From the NCBI GenBank assembly GCA_013239625.1, contig MU055549.1, positions 4,137,872 to 4,201,871 on the forward strand: 64,000 nucleotides of DNA, written 5' to 3'. The stretch is from Lama guanicoe. Taxonomy: Eukaryota. Positions 51,662 through 64,000 of the stretch are shown here, piece after piece; position 1 is the first letter of the stretch; each line of letters opens with the position of its first letter. A program made the position numbers and the translations under genes. The notes under the pieces are model-generated. The model was not told where the DNA came from. It worked only from the letters and a program-made list of their open reading frames with translations, and did not search any database.

Positions 51662-51734
51662 CTGGGGGCACAATGGGTCCCATCAGGGCGAGACATGGGG
51701 GAAAGGGGTCCGGGCAAGGACAGATGCCCAGCGC

Positions 51735-52110
51735 CAGACTTCATAGTTTGAAGAGCGGCCCCTCTTCCCTGATGCCAGACTCCACTTTACTGCTCACAAA
51801 TGAGTTCCCCCTCCAGCCCACTGACCCTTCTTCCTGGACACCAAAACCCCACTTTACAGTTTGCAAACTCCCTCTTTCATCAGCCCTTTTCCTGGACACC
51901 AAAACTGTACCTTACGGTTTGCAAAGTAGTCTTCCCCTCTATCTGTCCCTCCTCCTCCATGGCAGAACCATACTTTACAGTTTGCAAAGCAAAGTCCCTT
52001 CCCTTCAACCCTTCTTCCCTGATACCAGAACTGTACTTCACAGTTTGTAAAGCCCCTTCTTCATCAGCCTTTCTTTCTGTACACGAGCACCCCACTTTAC
52101 AGTTTTGCAG
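51735..52110. repeat. Degenerate ~60-bp tandem array (~7 units) with conserved core CA(G/A)AAC..ACTTTACAGTTTGCAAA
   Basis: Cores at ~51735, 51776, 51842, 51900, 51963, 52026, 52085 separated by divergent pyrimidine-rich spacers. Confidence 0.8.
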
Positions 52111-55100
52111 CACAGTCCACTGTCCTGGTCCATTGGATCCACAGAGGCCACTCTCCTTAGATGAGCACCACTGACAGTGAGAAGGTGCCATCCGAGGTCC
52201 ACTGGTGCAGGGCCGTGAAGGCCCCAGACCCCCACGTGGCCTTCTTCTCCAAGTTCCAGAGTACCTGTCCCTTCCTCTACTGGGAGGTGGACAGTGGAGG
52301 TACAGACACCCCGCTGCTCTGTCCCAGGACAGATCGGGAGCTCCCAGGGCCTCCAGCACGAGCTCAGGGCACTGGACAGCAGCCTGGCCCTCAGGCCAGA
52401 CAGACCTGAGGCCACGCAGTAACCTGAGCTCCCGGAGCTGTCAGCTCAGGATCCCAACCGCCCAGAGGAAGGCTGGTCACCAGGCACCCCCTTCCCTCCT
52501 TCATCTGTCCTTTCTCAACCAGAAGGTCCCACATCCCTGGACCCAACCTGGCCACCCTGGGGCTGCCCAGGACCTGGGCCACAAGCCCCAGTTCCAGGGG
52601 GCTCTGGTGGACGGGCTGCCACCCTCAGTCCCCAACCCTCCCCCGATGCTCTGATTCAGCTCCTGCCTCCCCAGATTGCCAGGCTGCCTCCTCCTCACCA
52701 AACCGCCAAAGGCCCCCTCTTCCTGGAAGCCTACACAGTTCCCCGGCCCCCAGTGGGTCCCACAGGGGCTCTGCCTGCCTTTAGTACAGACTGCCTTCAC
52801 CCCTGTTGCAGTGCAAGCCCTCGAAGGCAACAACTGGGCCTCCATCACTTTGAGTCTCAGAGGCACCAGCATGGCCCCTGAGTTGAGTGGGGGCCCACAG
52901 CCCTGCAGCCCCCCTCCCCCGGGTAACCTACACCTCACCCCTGGCTGCGAGCTCCCAGGAGCAGGCCATCCCTCCCGGGCCTCGCGGGGCTCAGGTATGT
53001 GGGTAGCGCATACACCCCTAACAAATAATGAAATGTTACTGACTTGAGTGACTGTTAGACTTCAAAGTGCGGCAAGGGGCAGTTGGACTGTGGTGAGGGA
53101 CCTGGTCAGGCCTGCTCCAACTGGCTAGCGATGGCCGCAGGCCACTGCAATTGTACTGTGAGGCCGGGGGAGGCCAGGCTGAGGAGCTGGAGGCTCTGCC
53201 CAGTCCCTCCCCTGGAGCCCAACCTGCTGCAGACCCCTCCTGAGGAGCCCCCCTGGCCTGAGGTTCCCCCTGCAGCTCCTCAGAGCAAACTCAAGCCCAG
53301 GCTGATAGGGGAGGCTCCTGCTACCGAGGGGCAGAGCTGCTTCATAGCCCCGACTCAGCTCTGCCCCTGCCATCCAGACGCAGCCTGGGTGGGGCCCTGC
53401 TGCTCTCAGCGGGCATCCCCGCTGTGGAACATCCCACTTCTGCATTTGCTCAGCTTGAGCTTGGCCATGACTGACCGGCCAGCTCGCTGGGTGGACCTAG
53501 CTGAGGGCACAGGCTTGCCGGGAGCCTCACAGGGGCCCTGGGGCTGTGCACATGGACGGAAGCCCACCCCTGAGGCTGTCAGGGCGCCAGGGTCAGTCCA
53601 GCCTCCATGCTCACAACGCCCGGCTGGTCACAGATGTGGGTAATTCCCTGGCACGTCCTCAAGGCCTGGGGCTGAATGACCCAAGGCCCCTGGAGAGGGG
53701 CTGTGCACAGGGACGGAAGCGACAGATCACCAGGGCAAACGGGTTCCCCGGCTCGGACTTTCTGCCAGTGGTCAGCAGCTGCCTCTGTTCTGGAAGGCAG
53801 AGGTCAGGCGGGAACACCCAGGGGCTGACAGACCTGGTGGGGGCTCAGGGAACTTGGGGGGGGGTCCATTCCCTGCCAATGGGCTGCGGGGCTGGCCGGG
53901 TCTCAGCCCCCGCCCACTGGGACCAGGGAAAGGTGGACCCAGAGTGCTTAGCTCTTTCAATTTACTAAAAGAAGAAATCTATATTTTTATGTAATAATTA
54001 TCTGATTTTTAAATACTGGTAAGCAACTCAACCTAAATACTATTCTGAAAACCAGCGTGGGCCAGAAGGAGGCTCTGCAGGCCAGGCTGTGTCCCCGGGG
54101 CACCAAGAGCTCTCGATGGGGACTCAGGGTGGTGACTAAGCGGAAATACGGAGTCACTTTCTGTTTTCACTTCACGATGATGTGGCTCAGACTGGGTGGG
54201 GCTGAAGGTCAGCGAAGGGGAGCGGGGGGGGGCCTCTCCCGGAGGTAAGGGCCCTGGTGGTCCACTTAGAGCAGCCTTCTCCCCAAAATCTCCCCAAATT
54301 CTACGCAGCTCATGCTGCAAGTCACGTGTGTATGGATGTTTGTGCAAATTTTTGCCTACGCACACCTGAGACGTGTGCATGTGTGTGCACACGTGCATTT
54401 GTGTGTATTTGCCTACGAGGAATCTGATCCTGGAAATTAAAAGACCCAGGCTGCTGTGTGAGTTTTGACCTTAAGTCATGCATCTACACACTTAAACTCG
54501 AGTGGATCACCCGCTGTGCTGGAAGGCCCCACGAGGTGGGGGTAGGCAGTGCTGCGTGGGTCCCTCTGTCCCTGCCTCAGCCCTAAAGAGCCCTGTGTGA
54601 GGCCCTGCTGAAGTGACCTTCTTCTGGACTCTCCCCTTATAGAAAGGGGGCACCAGATGGTGTCCCTCCAATGCGGATCTGCTCTGCCTTGAGGGGGTCT
54701 CTGGGGGAGGGAAGAGCTGGGGCAGGCGTGAGAGAGAAGAGGAGGAAAGGAGAGAAAAGGAGGGGAACACAGTGGGAGCAGCTGCGTTCAGAATGGGGGG
54801 ATGGAGGGGAGGACAGGGTCCCTGCAGGACCCGCTGTTCACGGCAGAGGGCGCTTTACAAGCTGGCTCCTGCCCTGCTATCTTCTACGTTTCGCTGGGTT
54901 CTGGTCTATACGAACAACATAGGGCCCCAGGCCTGTTGCAAAATGTTCAAACCAGACACAAAATAGACAGGGACTCGAGCCATCCCTCCTCGTTCCCAGA
55001 GTCACACGCTGTTAAACTTGTGGAGTGTATCTGCCCTGATGATTTTTTCTACACATTTACGTTCATAAGCCCACAGGTCTGATAAGTAACTAAGAGTCCT

Positions 55101-55269
55101 GCTACTCTCTCATCACATCTGAGATTCCACGGACCGAAAGGTGTGCTCTTACTTTATGAACCACTAAGAAAGAAAAAAGCAATGAGATCAAGGCATCTCA
55201 CGATACAGCGATGTGAAATGTGAGAAACAAAACCCAAACCAGATGCCATGCACTGTCTGGCAGCCCTGC

Positions 55270-55870
55270 GACTTGTCTTTCTCGTGGGGTCGTCTGTCTT
55301 GGAGAGTTTTGGCCTCAGTGCATGTGAGCCTCTTTGTTTTGTTTAACTGCTGCTTGAATTTCCACTTTTTGGATAAATCAAGATTTGGAAGGACATTCAG
55401 GTTGTTTCCAACGTTTTTGCTATTATCTGCAATTCTGCATCTCATGATGGCATCTTCGCGTATCTCGCAAGTGCTGCGCAGGGTAGCGCCTGGAACTGGA
55501 TGTTTGGCATCACTGTCCACACACGTTAAATTGTAACAGCAACTGCAAATCACCGCCTCCAAAGTTTCCAACTTCTACGCTCACCTTGGGTGTATGAGGG
55601 AGCCTATTTCTCCTGGATATTAGCGATTCTTTTAATTTTTGTCAATCTGATAAGTAAAAATGATACCATTTCAATTTGCATTTCCCTAGTTTCTAGAAGG
55701 TTACGAATCTTTTCATGATTCACAAACCTAATTAATTAGATATGCATATTTTCCCTGGTCACATTTTTTATCATTTTCCTACTGTGTTTTTCTTTTTCTG
55801 TTAATTTTTAGGAATCCTTCATACAATATGGACCAGAATATTTTGTTATACAATTTGTAAATACTTACCT
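55270..55870 (-). mobile_element. Old L1 (L1ME-like) fragment, antisense
   Basis: ggacattcaggttgtttccaacgtttttgctatt; ttcaatttgcatttccctagtttctag. Confidence 0.6.
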
Positions 55871-56398
55871 TCAGTTCCTTGTGTAAAAGAACATCTCTTG
55901 ATGATTATTTACCACATTTGGTTCGGTGAGCAAAGGAAATGATTTCCGGTTACTTTGGAAGGCCCTGGCGACACGCCGTTATCATCCCTAAGGATGCGTC
56001 ATCCCTCTTTTGGGGAACAGGTGAAGTTTCAAAGAGCACTTCACACAGCCAGGTTCTCTCTGGAATTCCAGGCCACAGGAGTCTGTCTACTCCTTGTAAC
56101 GAAGGCTCTGAGGTCGAGCCGGCCTGGATACCCCGCTCTTGGAAGTGGCCAGCAGCCAAGCCTGCAGAGGCTGCAATGGGATGAGTTTCACGTTCATTCT
56201 GGTGGGCGGCCACCGGATCACACTACAGATACCCAAGGCCATATTATCAGCCAATCGTTTTATTTTTAAGTGAAGCCCAGGGTGCCATCTGCAGGTGCGT
56301 CCACACAGCTCTAGTGATTCTTCCCTACTTTGAGGCAAAGGATGCTCTGCACGGTTGAATTCTTTGTTGAATCTTCCTGCAGTTGCTGGGCACTGGGT

Positions 56399-56432
56399 CA
56401 GCAGAGGCCAGCAGAGGCCAGCAGAGGCCAGC
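56399..56432. repeat. 10-bp tandem repeat (gcagaggcca)x3
   Basis: Direct reading. Confidence 0.85.
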
Positions 56433-56810
56433 TCCTCTCTGCCCGGCACAGGGAAGCGCTGAAGGGTCCCAGTGACCTGGCTTGAAACCAGGCAGTGTGA
56501 CGAATGCAGTTTCTATCGGCTGGGGTTTCTGGTCTTTCATTTTTGTGGTTTTGAATTTCTCTGCAGTTTCCATGTAAGAGAGTGTTGCTCATTGCAAAAG
56601 ATGGCCAGGCACCTAGAATGGCCCTCCCGGCTAGGGGATTACGTCAGCGGGGAGGCTCCGGGGTTAGTAAATCATGTGAAGCCTTTGGGCTGGACGGGGA
56701 CTGAACTCCTGACCCCAGGCTGCATGATACCAACTCTAATACCATGGCCTACCTTCCCCTGGAGGGAAGTTGACGATCTATGTTGTCCAGAGAGCTTGTG
56801 ATGACCAGGT

Positions 56811-57235
56811 TGTGATGCTTAATTTCATGTGTCGACTGGCCATGAAGTGCCCAGATATTTGGTCAACATAGCCAAATGATATGGGTGTTTCTATGGGGAT
56901 GCTGTTTGGGTGAGACTCAATGTTTGAGCTGGTGCTCTGAGAAAAGCCAACTGCCCTCCCCATTGCGGGTGGGCCGCATCAAATCTATTCAGTTGAAGAT
57001 CTGAACAGAACAAAAAGCAAGAGCCTCTGGTGAGTAAGGGGGAATTCTTCCCACCTGACTGCCTTCCACGTAGGCATCTCTGCAGCTCTACAGCAGCCTG
57101 CCAGACTTCAGACTGAAACTGAAGAACTGGCTCTGCAGATTTTGGACTTGCCAGCCACCACCATTCTGTGAACCAGTTCTTTATAATAAATCTAGATCTA
57201 GCTCTGGACATATATCTTATCACCAAGTGACACCC
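56811..57235 (+). mobile_element. MLT2-like (ERVL) solo LTR
   Basis: tgtgatgcttaatttcatgtgtc...gtgcccagatatttggtcaaca...gaacagaacaaaaag...ttttggacttgccagc...ataataaatct. Confidence 0.7.
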
Positions 57236-57609
57236 CATCAGAGAAGTCTTTGAGTTTTATGTCTGGGAGTCGCGGGGGAAGGAGAGGAGAGGGGGGTAGC
57301 TGTGTGGGGACTCACAACAGGCCTGGGTCCAGGGTCGGAGGACCAGCCTCTGCTGGTTACAGGCTTTTGAAGGAGCCGGCAGACCCAGGCAGGCCCACAA
57401 GTCCACCAGGGAGGCATGGGGTGGCCCAGGGAATCCATATCGACCCCTTTGGGAGCCAGAACTCACCCAGCTGAGCCTCCTTCTGCATCAGGCCATGTCT
57501 ACGGAGGCATCAAAAGATACTGAGAGCCAACTGTCAGGGCAGTAGGGGTCTGGCTGGGTGACAGGCCACCATGACACACTCTCTCACTAGCAACAAGCTG
57601 ACGAGCCCT

Positions 57610-57790
57610 CTGCACCCCAGCACAATTATCCTTCTTAATCCTCACAGCACTGCCAAGAAGTGGGAGCTATTATCCCCTCTGTCTGCAAATGGGGACACTG
57701 AGGCACAGAGAGGTTCAGTGACTTACTCCAGGTCATTCAGCCAGGAAGCGGCAGAGCTAGACTTAACGCAGGTGGGTGATTCAAGAGCAT
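57610..57790 (-). mobile_element. MIR SINE
   Basis: MIR core gcaaatggggacactgaggcacagagaggttcagtgacttactccaggtca. Confidence 0.75.
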
Positions 57791-57849
57791 TTGTTTTCTT
57801 TTTTCTTCTTCATCTGCCTCGCCTCCTCTTCCTTTTAACTTTGCATGGA

Positions 57850-58200
57850 ATTTAATTTTACGGAGGTAAAATTTATAAACTATAAAATGCACCATCTAAG
57901 AGTACAATTCAATGAGTTTTAATCAATTCACAGAGGTATGCAGCCATCACGACGATCCGGTGTTAGAACTCTTCCACCAGCCCAGTAAGATCCCTCCTGC
58001 CTTTCTGTGGTCACTAATAATCCCACCCCCGCTCCCGTCAGCCACTAACACACTTCTCCCCACAACGATTTGCCTGTTCCGGGCATTTCACACACATGGA
58101 ACCAAACAACCTGTGTTCTCCCATGTCTGGTCACTCAACATGTTTCTGAGGTCCATCCATGTTGCCACATGTATCAGTGGACTCTTTTTCTCCTAACTTT
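57850..58200 (-). mobile_element. L1MB-like 3' end, antisense
   Basis: gaggtaaaatttataaactataaaatgcaccatctaagagtacaattcaatgagttt...tttctgaggtccatccatgttgcc. Confidence 0.7.
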
Positions 58201-58883
58201 CAAAGGGTACAAAAAAGTGAGAGATCAGAGTAATGAACCCCGATGTACCTGCCACACAACTTTCCTATGGGACAGGGTCAGCGGCGTGCAATGGCAGCCC
58301 TGCCCACCTCTGGCCCCGCCCATTTCTGGCCCCACCCACTTCCAGCTCCACCACTCACTTTCTCAAAGTCACTCCTGACATCACATCTCTTCATTCATAA
58401 GTACTTAAGTATGTGTCTCTAAAAGGCAAGGACTCTTACTGGTTTTACAATAAACCTAACCTCTATATCAATATCTCACCTAAAAATACTTATTTCTTAA
58501 TGAATGTCATCCACTTATGACTTAATGTATGGCGTGTCAGCATTTAAATATCCCTACTGACTCATCAGTGTTCATTCAGGGTTGGTTTGAACGGGGTTCC
58601 ACACAGCCGGGTCAGGGCTGCTAACCCTCTGCTCTCCTGCCCCCACCGAAGCTGACAGCAGCTCTCAGCCCAGGTCGGGGGTCGTGCCTGCTGCTTCCTG
58701 GGTGCTAAGCTCTGCTCCAGTCAAGTACTGAACAACTTTCTCCCTAGCCAGCCTGCTTCACAGACATGCCACATCAGCAGCACACCGAGGAAGCCAAGCA
58801 CACCCTCCTCCTCCTGCCTTGCCCGCCCATCACCCTGCAAGGTCCTGCAGGCTCGTTAAGAGGAAGAGACGGCGGGTCCTTAC

Positions 58884-58995
58884 CTGGGCTCGTGGAGGTC
58901 CAGTTGCTCTGTGCTGTGGTGGTCTTGTTTTCCGTGAGAGCCTTGGCAAGGGGCAAGCTAACACCGGCCAGCAGGAGCGGACAGAAGGGCTCCAT
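58884..58995 (-). CDS. PTPRE: PTPRE first coding exon of the receptor isoform: signal peptide plus short ectodomain (MEPFCPLLLAGVSLPLAKALTENKTTTAQSNWTSTSP); exon begins at 59002
   Basis: ttccag|GTTCACCATGG Kozak context; two N-glycosylation sequons (NKT, NWT); donor CAG|gtaag. Confidence 0.94.
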
Positions 58996-60739
58996 GGTGA
59001 ACCTGGAAGACGCAGGACAGGCTCAGAGACTCGGCCACCACACGCCGGGGGCTGTTTGGCCGCCACCGAGGCGGGAAATTCACGGAAGACACAGAGGGCT
59101 CGGGGGGAGAAACAGGGCGGGACCAGAATCAGGGTGACGGCGGGGACACTCTGGGAGCGGGGCTTTGCCAATCTGCCGTAGGGAGAGAGCTCTTCGCATT
59201 GGCACGACATACACCTACACTTGGAAGTCAGTTCCACCTCGCAACAAGCCAGGTTCGCCACTTCACAGCTATGCTCAGGTTATGAAGGCTCCTGCTGTTC
59301 GGGTTAATTTCCTTTTTGTTTGCTTGTCTGTTTTCTGGGGGAGAAAGGAGGGGAGCAAGGACTTGGAGGTCCCCAGGAAGGATAAACTCTGAAAACAGCA
59401 CGAGGTCAAGGATTCTGAGAGGCCGCTTCACAGACCCACAAAGTGGCCCGGTGCCCATCACGTCCGGATTGCCGGTGAGAGTAACTTGTCTGACCATCCA
59501 GGAATACACAGTGCAGCACTTCTGTTTTGCATCATGACAGCTCGGAGGAGCATCAGAGAAGAGCTCAGGCTCAGGAGTAGGCCAGGTCAGTTGGTTCACG
59601 GCCACAGGGCTGGGGGCTGGAAGTGGGGGTCCGGCTGTGTGCACCAGGCCCACCTCTGCTGTCCCCTGGCCACGGACACAACCACAGCCCGGCCCTTATT
59701 CCGAATGCAGGTCTAGACTGCCCCCCACCCTCCCACTGGAGTTACAGGAGAAGGTCCCCTAGTATCTCCAGCCCCAGGTTGTCCACCTGCCTGGCCTACG
59801 CTCAGGAGCCCAATTCATTGCTGTAAAGCCCGGCGCAGTCCCCTCACTCATGAGGTGTGAACAACAACCCGGGGGGAGAGGAGCTGGGGTGATGTCACTG
59901 CCCCTCTGAGCCGAGCGCTTGGCCGGCAGCTTTCATGGGTTCTATCTTCACAACTCTGGGCTGCTGGCCTTGCTGATTCTGCTCCAGGCTGAACTCTCAG
60001 GGGAAGCGGAGGGGAGCTCCCTTCCGGAGGAGGGGCCTCGGCCAGCTTGCCTCTGATAGGCACCTCGGGGACGGAGGAAAGTGTTCCCTGCGTGCACGGA
60101 TGGATGTGCTGAGCAAAAATGAACTGCAACATGGCTCAACACGGAGAAGGCTCTTCTGCCCAGGAGACCTGCGGGTGGTCACCTGGGATGCCCACCCTGC
60201 ACTCTGTTTTGTCACGACACCAGAGATCCTTCAGAAATGCGCCAGTGACCTCTTGGTGGTACAGAAACCCCTCTCAGAGGGCTCACTACAGGTGGAGGTG
60301 GGATCTGGCACGGCTGATGCAGACGTGTCCCCCTCCTGCACACCCCCCCACTTCATCTGCCCAACCCCGTGCACCGCACGGCCAGCCTGGGTGCCCGGCC
60401 GCACAGGCAGCGCTTTCCTGCGCGAAGCCTCCCTCGAGGATACGAATGGACCGAAGCCAAGAGCACTGGTTCCTTGTAATTAGAGAAGACTTGTGAATGA
60501 GCGCAAAACATCCTAGTCAGTTTTGAACAATCACCACTGTTGAAAAGAAGCCCTTCTGAGCCCATTATGATAATTATCTCAGAACAACTACCGCGGCCAC
60601 AGGCAACACTTTCACTTCCCTCCTCTGTTTTGTTTCCAAAGTATATTTTCGCTCTACAGAGCGAGCCATACACACACACACAACAGCCCTCGTTCCATGA
60701 GCACCCACGACGACGCGCTAGGCCCTTCCTGGGGGGTGT

Positions 60740-60850
60740 GACCCTCACAATAATGCCTCCAGGACTGAGAAACTGGGATGCTCAGTGGGGGAAGTGGCCC
60801 AATCCAGTTCAGAGGAGATGGGGGAGCTGCGATTCGAAACCAGGACCGTT
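60740..60850 (-). mobile_element. MIR remnant
   Basis: gactgagaaactgggatgctcagtgggggaagtggcccaatcc...gattcgaaaccagg. Confidence 0.4.
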
Positions 60851-62299
60851 GCAGAGAAAGGCCCTCAGCTCCTGACAGGCAGCTTTGCAAACAGAGCATT
60901 AAAAAAACTGTCACTGAGCACTGCGACGATGCTTTTAATGCATCTGAGTAAACTGCAGAGTCATTGATTGGGAAATATTAACTGGTTCAATACGACCCAG
61001 AGAGGTAGAATTCTTAGGGGCATTAAACAAATGCATTTCTCTCTCCAATGCATTAATTTAAAAACCCTCCTTTCCAGATGTTCAAGGATCGAAGATGAGG
61101 CCGGACGAGGGCATCCCATCAGGAATCAGACGCCACGAGGCCGGTTACGTGCCTCCTAGAGCGGCAGGTGGTTTGCCCGGTATGACCAGCAGAGGGCACT
61201 AAGCTTTGCCGAATTCAAAGCCATCCACCGTCTAGATAGAGTCCCTTCCGTCTGTATCACAGCACTGACGCCACCAGGCCATTGACCACTCAGCAGTCCC
61301 TGGCCATTCGCCCCCAAAGGGTCTGCACGAGCCACCTGATAAGCACAGACACGAATCAATGCAAACATAATGCTTCAAACAGCAACTAAATCCATACCGA
61401 ATTTGAACGATTTGTATTTAATCAGTACGTGTGTGTTCAAGGGTTAAGCAGCGCGGGGGCATAAAGCAGACTGAGCTCTAGAACTGAGATGATCAGAACG
61501 GCTTGTTTCCTACAAAGCAGACTTTATCACACTCATCAAAAGTCGGCTGGCTTTACCTCTGATTACAATTGACTTTCTTTTTCACTCCATTTGATGCCTT
61601 TTTAATGCTATTCTTTGGGAAGTGACTCTGGGACAGGCAGCCCGCTAGGTCCTGGAGATGCAAAGATGAAAGCAGCCCCTTCTCTGCGCTAAAGCAGCTC
61701 CACTGAGCAGGAAGGGAGGGTGGGAAATGGCGCCCCCGAGACCCCACTCCCATGCTCTGCAGATGTGTGCCCACAGCGCCAAGGAAGGGCGGTGAGGGGG
61801 CAGTAACTCACCGGGGAGGTCACCAAGGCTTCCCCAAGTGCCGAGAGGTCCCTCCAGGACACGGAGGGGAGGGACAGAGGCTTAAGGGAGGCGAAGGCAT
61901 GACCCATCGTCCACATAGTGGACAGTCTGGTCTGCTGGGCCACTGGATCGTGAAGGAGGCAGAGACAGCGAAGGTCGAGAGATGGGGCTGAGTTGAGAAG
62001 GCCCTCTAATGCCAAGTTAAAGAGCCTGATTTGGTGTTAAAGGCGCATTATCTATCAGCAGCCTACATTATTATAACCACTGGGGGTATTAAACAAAGAT
62101 GCCAATTCCTGGGCCCAACTCCAAATGTTCGAATTCTAAATACATGGGGAGTGATGGATTTACGTAGACTGAAGTTAAAAACCTTGGCTGTGAGCAGTGA
62201 ACCGCCCTTCAAAGGGCAGTTGTGAGGGTGAGTTCTGGAAGCCGTCGTGAGCCACCTGAGATCGGGTGTAAGCCTCTGAGGCCCCAGAGTGGCCCGGGA

Positions 62300-62420
62300 G
62301 CCTGGGCATCGCCTGGGAGCTCGCTAGGAATGCAGAGTCTTAGGCCCCACCCAGACCCCTCACCTCTTCAGAAGACCCCTAGTGGCTGCCATGCACATTA
62401 CAGTTTGAGATGTGCTAGTG
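62300..62420 (+). mobile_element. MER5A-like DNA transposon fragment
   Basis: ggcatcgcctgggagctcgctaggaatgcagagtcttaggccccacccagacc...atgcacattacagtttgaga. Confidence 0.65.
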
Positions 62421-64000
62421 TAGGCAGCAGGTTGAGGAGGGCTGGACAGGCCAGGACAGCGGGGATGGAAGGGGGGCGGGCTGAGAGGGCTTCGAAGTTG
62501 GAATCCATGTGTGTCACCGGCTGGATGTGGCAATGAGCGGGTGTCAAAGATACTGGGGTTTCCATCTTGGGAGGTGGAGCGGGAGAGATGTTGTTCATGA
62601 GCTGAGCTGGGGAGACTGGGGGCCCTCGTCGGGGGATAAAGATGATTTCAGCTTGGATTAGGAAACAAAAATATAAGCTACCAATTCTTGAGCTCCTATG
62701 AGGTGTGACAGTTTAGCTGAGGTTCTGGATGAAGTACCTCACCAGCCCTGACCGAAATCCCACGAGAAATGTCCTGTTGTCCTTGCAGTGTGAGGACAAG
62801 TTGGATTCCAGAAGGCTGTGGCCCATTCCCGTGGAGACTGCCAACAGGAGAGGGATCTGGAGCTTGGCTAGAAGGGAGGGGAGGGCTGGAGTTAACTCCA
62901 GGGGTATGTGGAAGGGGCAGAGGGGAGGTCGGGGTGCTCAGCTGAAGGAGGCCTCTACACTTAGGGACCAGAAGGGAAGCCTGGCAGGAGACTGGGCAGT
63001 GGTGGCCAGGGAACAGGAGGAGGATGGGAGCAGGTGGAGGTGGAGAAGCAGACGCAGGAGAGGGTTCTTTGCCCCCGCCCCCTCCCCCAGCCCTCACTCA
63101 CACGCCTCCCCTCACTGGGCGACCCCCTCTCTCCTTTTCTTCTACGGGGTCCCCTCAGATGCTGAGGTCCAGCAAGTCTGAGACAGACCCCTCCCTGGGG
63201 TCAGACTACCTGATGTGGTCATTGGGTGCCAAGTGTCCCCACCAGACTGGGAGCCTCCTGAGGGCTGGGGACGCCTCATTTCCACCCCAGCCACTCAGAT
63301 GAATAGGGCCTTGGGGACTTTTCCTGGGCGTGGAGCCTTCCCTGAGCTGGCGTCTTTGAGGGAGGGCTGCCTGGCTGACCCCTCCTGCCAGAGGGACCCA
63401 AAACTGCCCTTTCCAGCTGGCTCTGGGTGTCCGGATGGACTGAACCAGACTGCCCCCTGCAGCTCCAAGAGGGTAGTGCCTTTCTTTTCACGTGCTGTTA
63501 GAGTGCCTGGTTCCTTTGTGCTCAATTATGAAGCAGATGAGGCTCCTTCACAAAGGAGCAGGTAAGGATTTGGGAGCAGTCAAGCTCTGGACATAAAGCT
63601 ACTGCACTTAAAAAAAGCCCTGGGAATGGCCCGTGTAACTTCTCATCCAAATCAGGACTCTTTCAGGAGCAAAGGAAAGGTAAAACAACTAAAGCTACAT
63701 GTTTTCTAAAATATTTAATTATTGAGCAGCATTTTGGTCTTAAATAAAGGGACCTTTTTAAGTAGTTTTGTTCAAAACCTATTTTTAAAAATTAAGAAAA
63801 ATTTCTAGGAAGTTTTACATCTTCCAGGTAAAAACTACAAAATTAACAAAATTTTGTGTCTTTACCATTTATAAAATTAACATATGCATGCACATTACAG
63901 CAATATTTTTACAAAAAACCTTTTATGTTGACTGTATAAAAATGAAATTAGAACATGAACAGAACACTTATTCTCTGCACATATTAACCTGCTCCATCAA

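Noticed and set aside
51735-52110. CRISPR array
   Set aside because: Mammalian intron, repeats are degenerate, spacers share composition and partial homology, no cas genes.
59003-64000. Additional genes or upstream PTPRE exons
   Set aside because: Only short GC-rich ORFs and repeat remnants; no supportable exon, consistent with a long 5' intron.

Overview
Mammalian genomic DNA, probably camelid judging from the short tRNA-derived SINEs (an inference), containing two convergent genes. On the + strand is the 3' part of MKI67 (Ki-67): the ~5 kb repeat exon (1305-6304, 8 canonical FKELF plus 3 degenerate repeats) and the last two coding exons (7442-7885, 9738-9833). On the - strand is nearly all of PTPRE: 18 coding exons from ATG 58995 to 20770 that splice in frame to 677 aa, plus the alternative first exon of cytosolic PTP-epsilon (51392-51426). 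The final PTPRE coding exon is not visible and probably lies in the 180-N gap (18622-18801). Introns carry L1, MIR, L2, MER5, MLT and SINE remnants. I see no convincing new biological system. The most notable items are two near-identical local duplications in MKI67 (one visibly duplicating a splice acceptor; possibly assembly artefacts), an apparent GC-AG final MKI67 intron competing with an out-of-frame GT donor, higher-order duplication within the Ki-67 repeats, and a degenerate ~60-bp motif/spacer array just upstream of the cyt-PTPe start.
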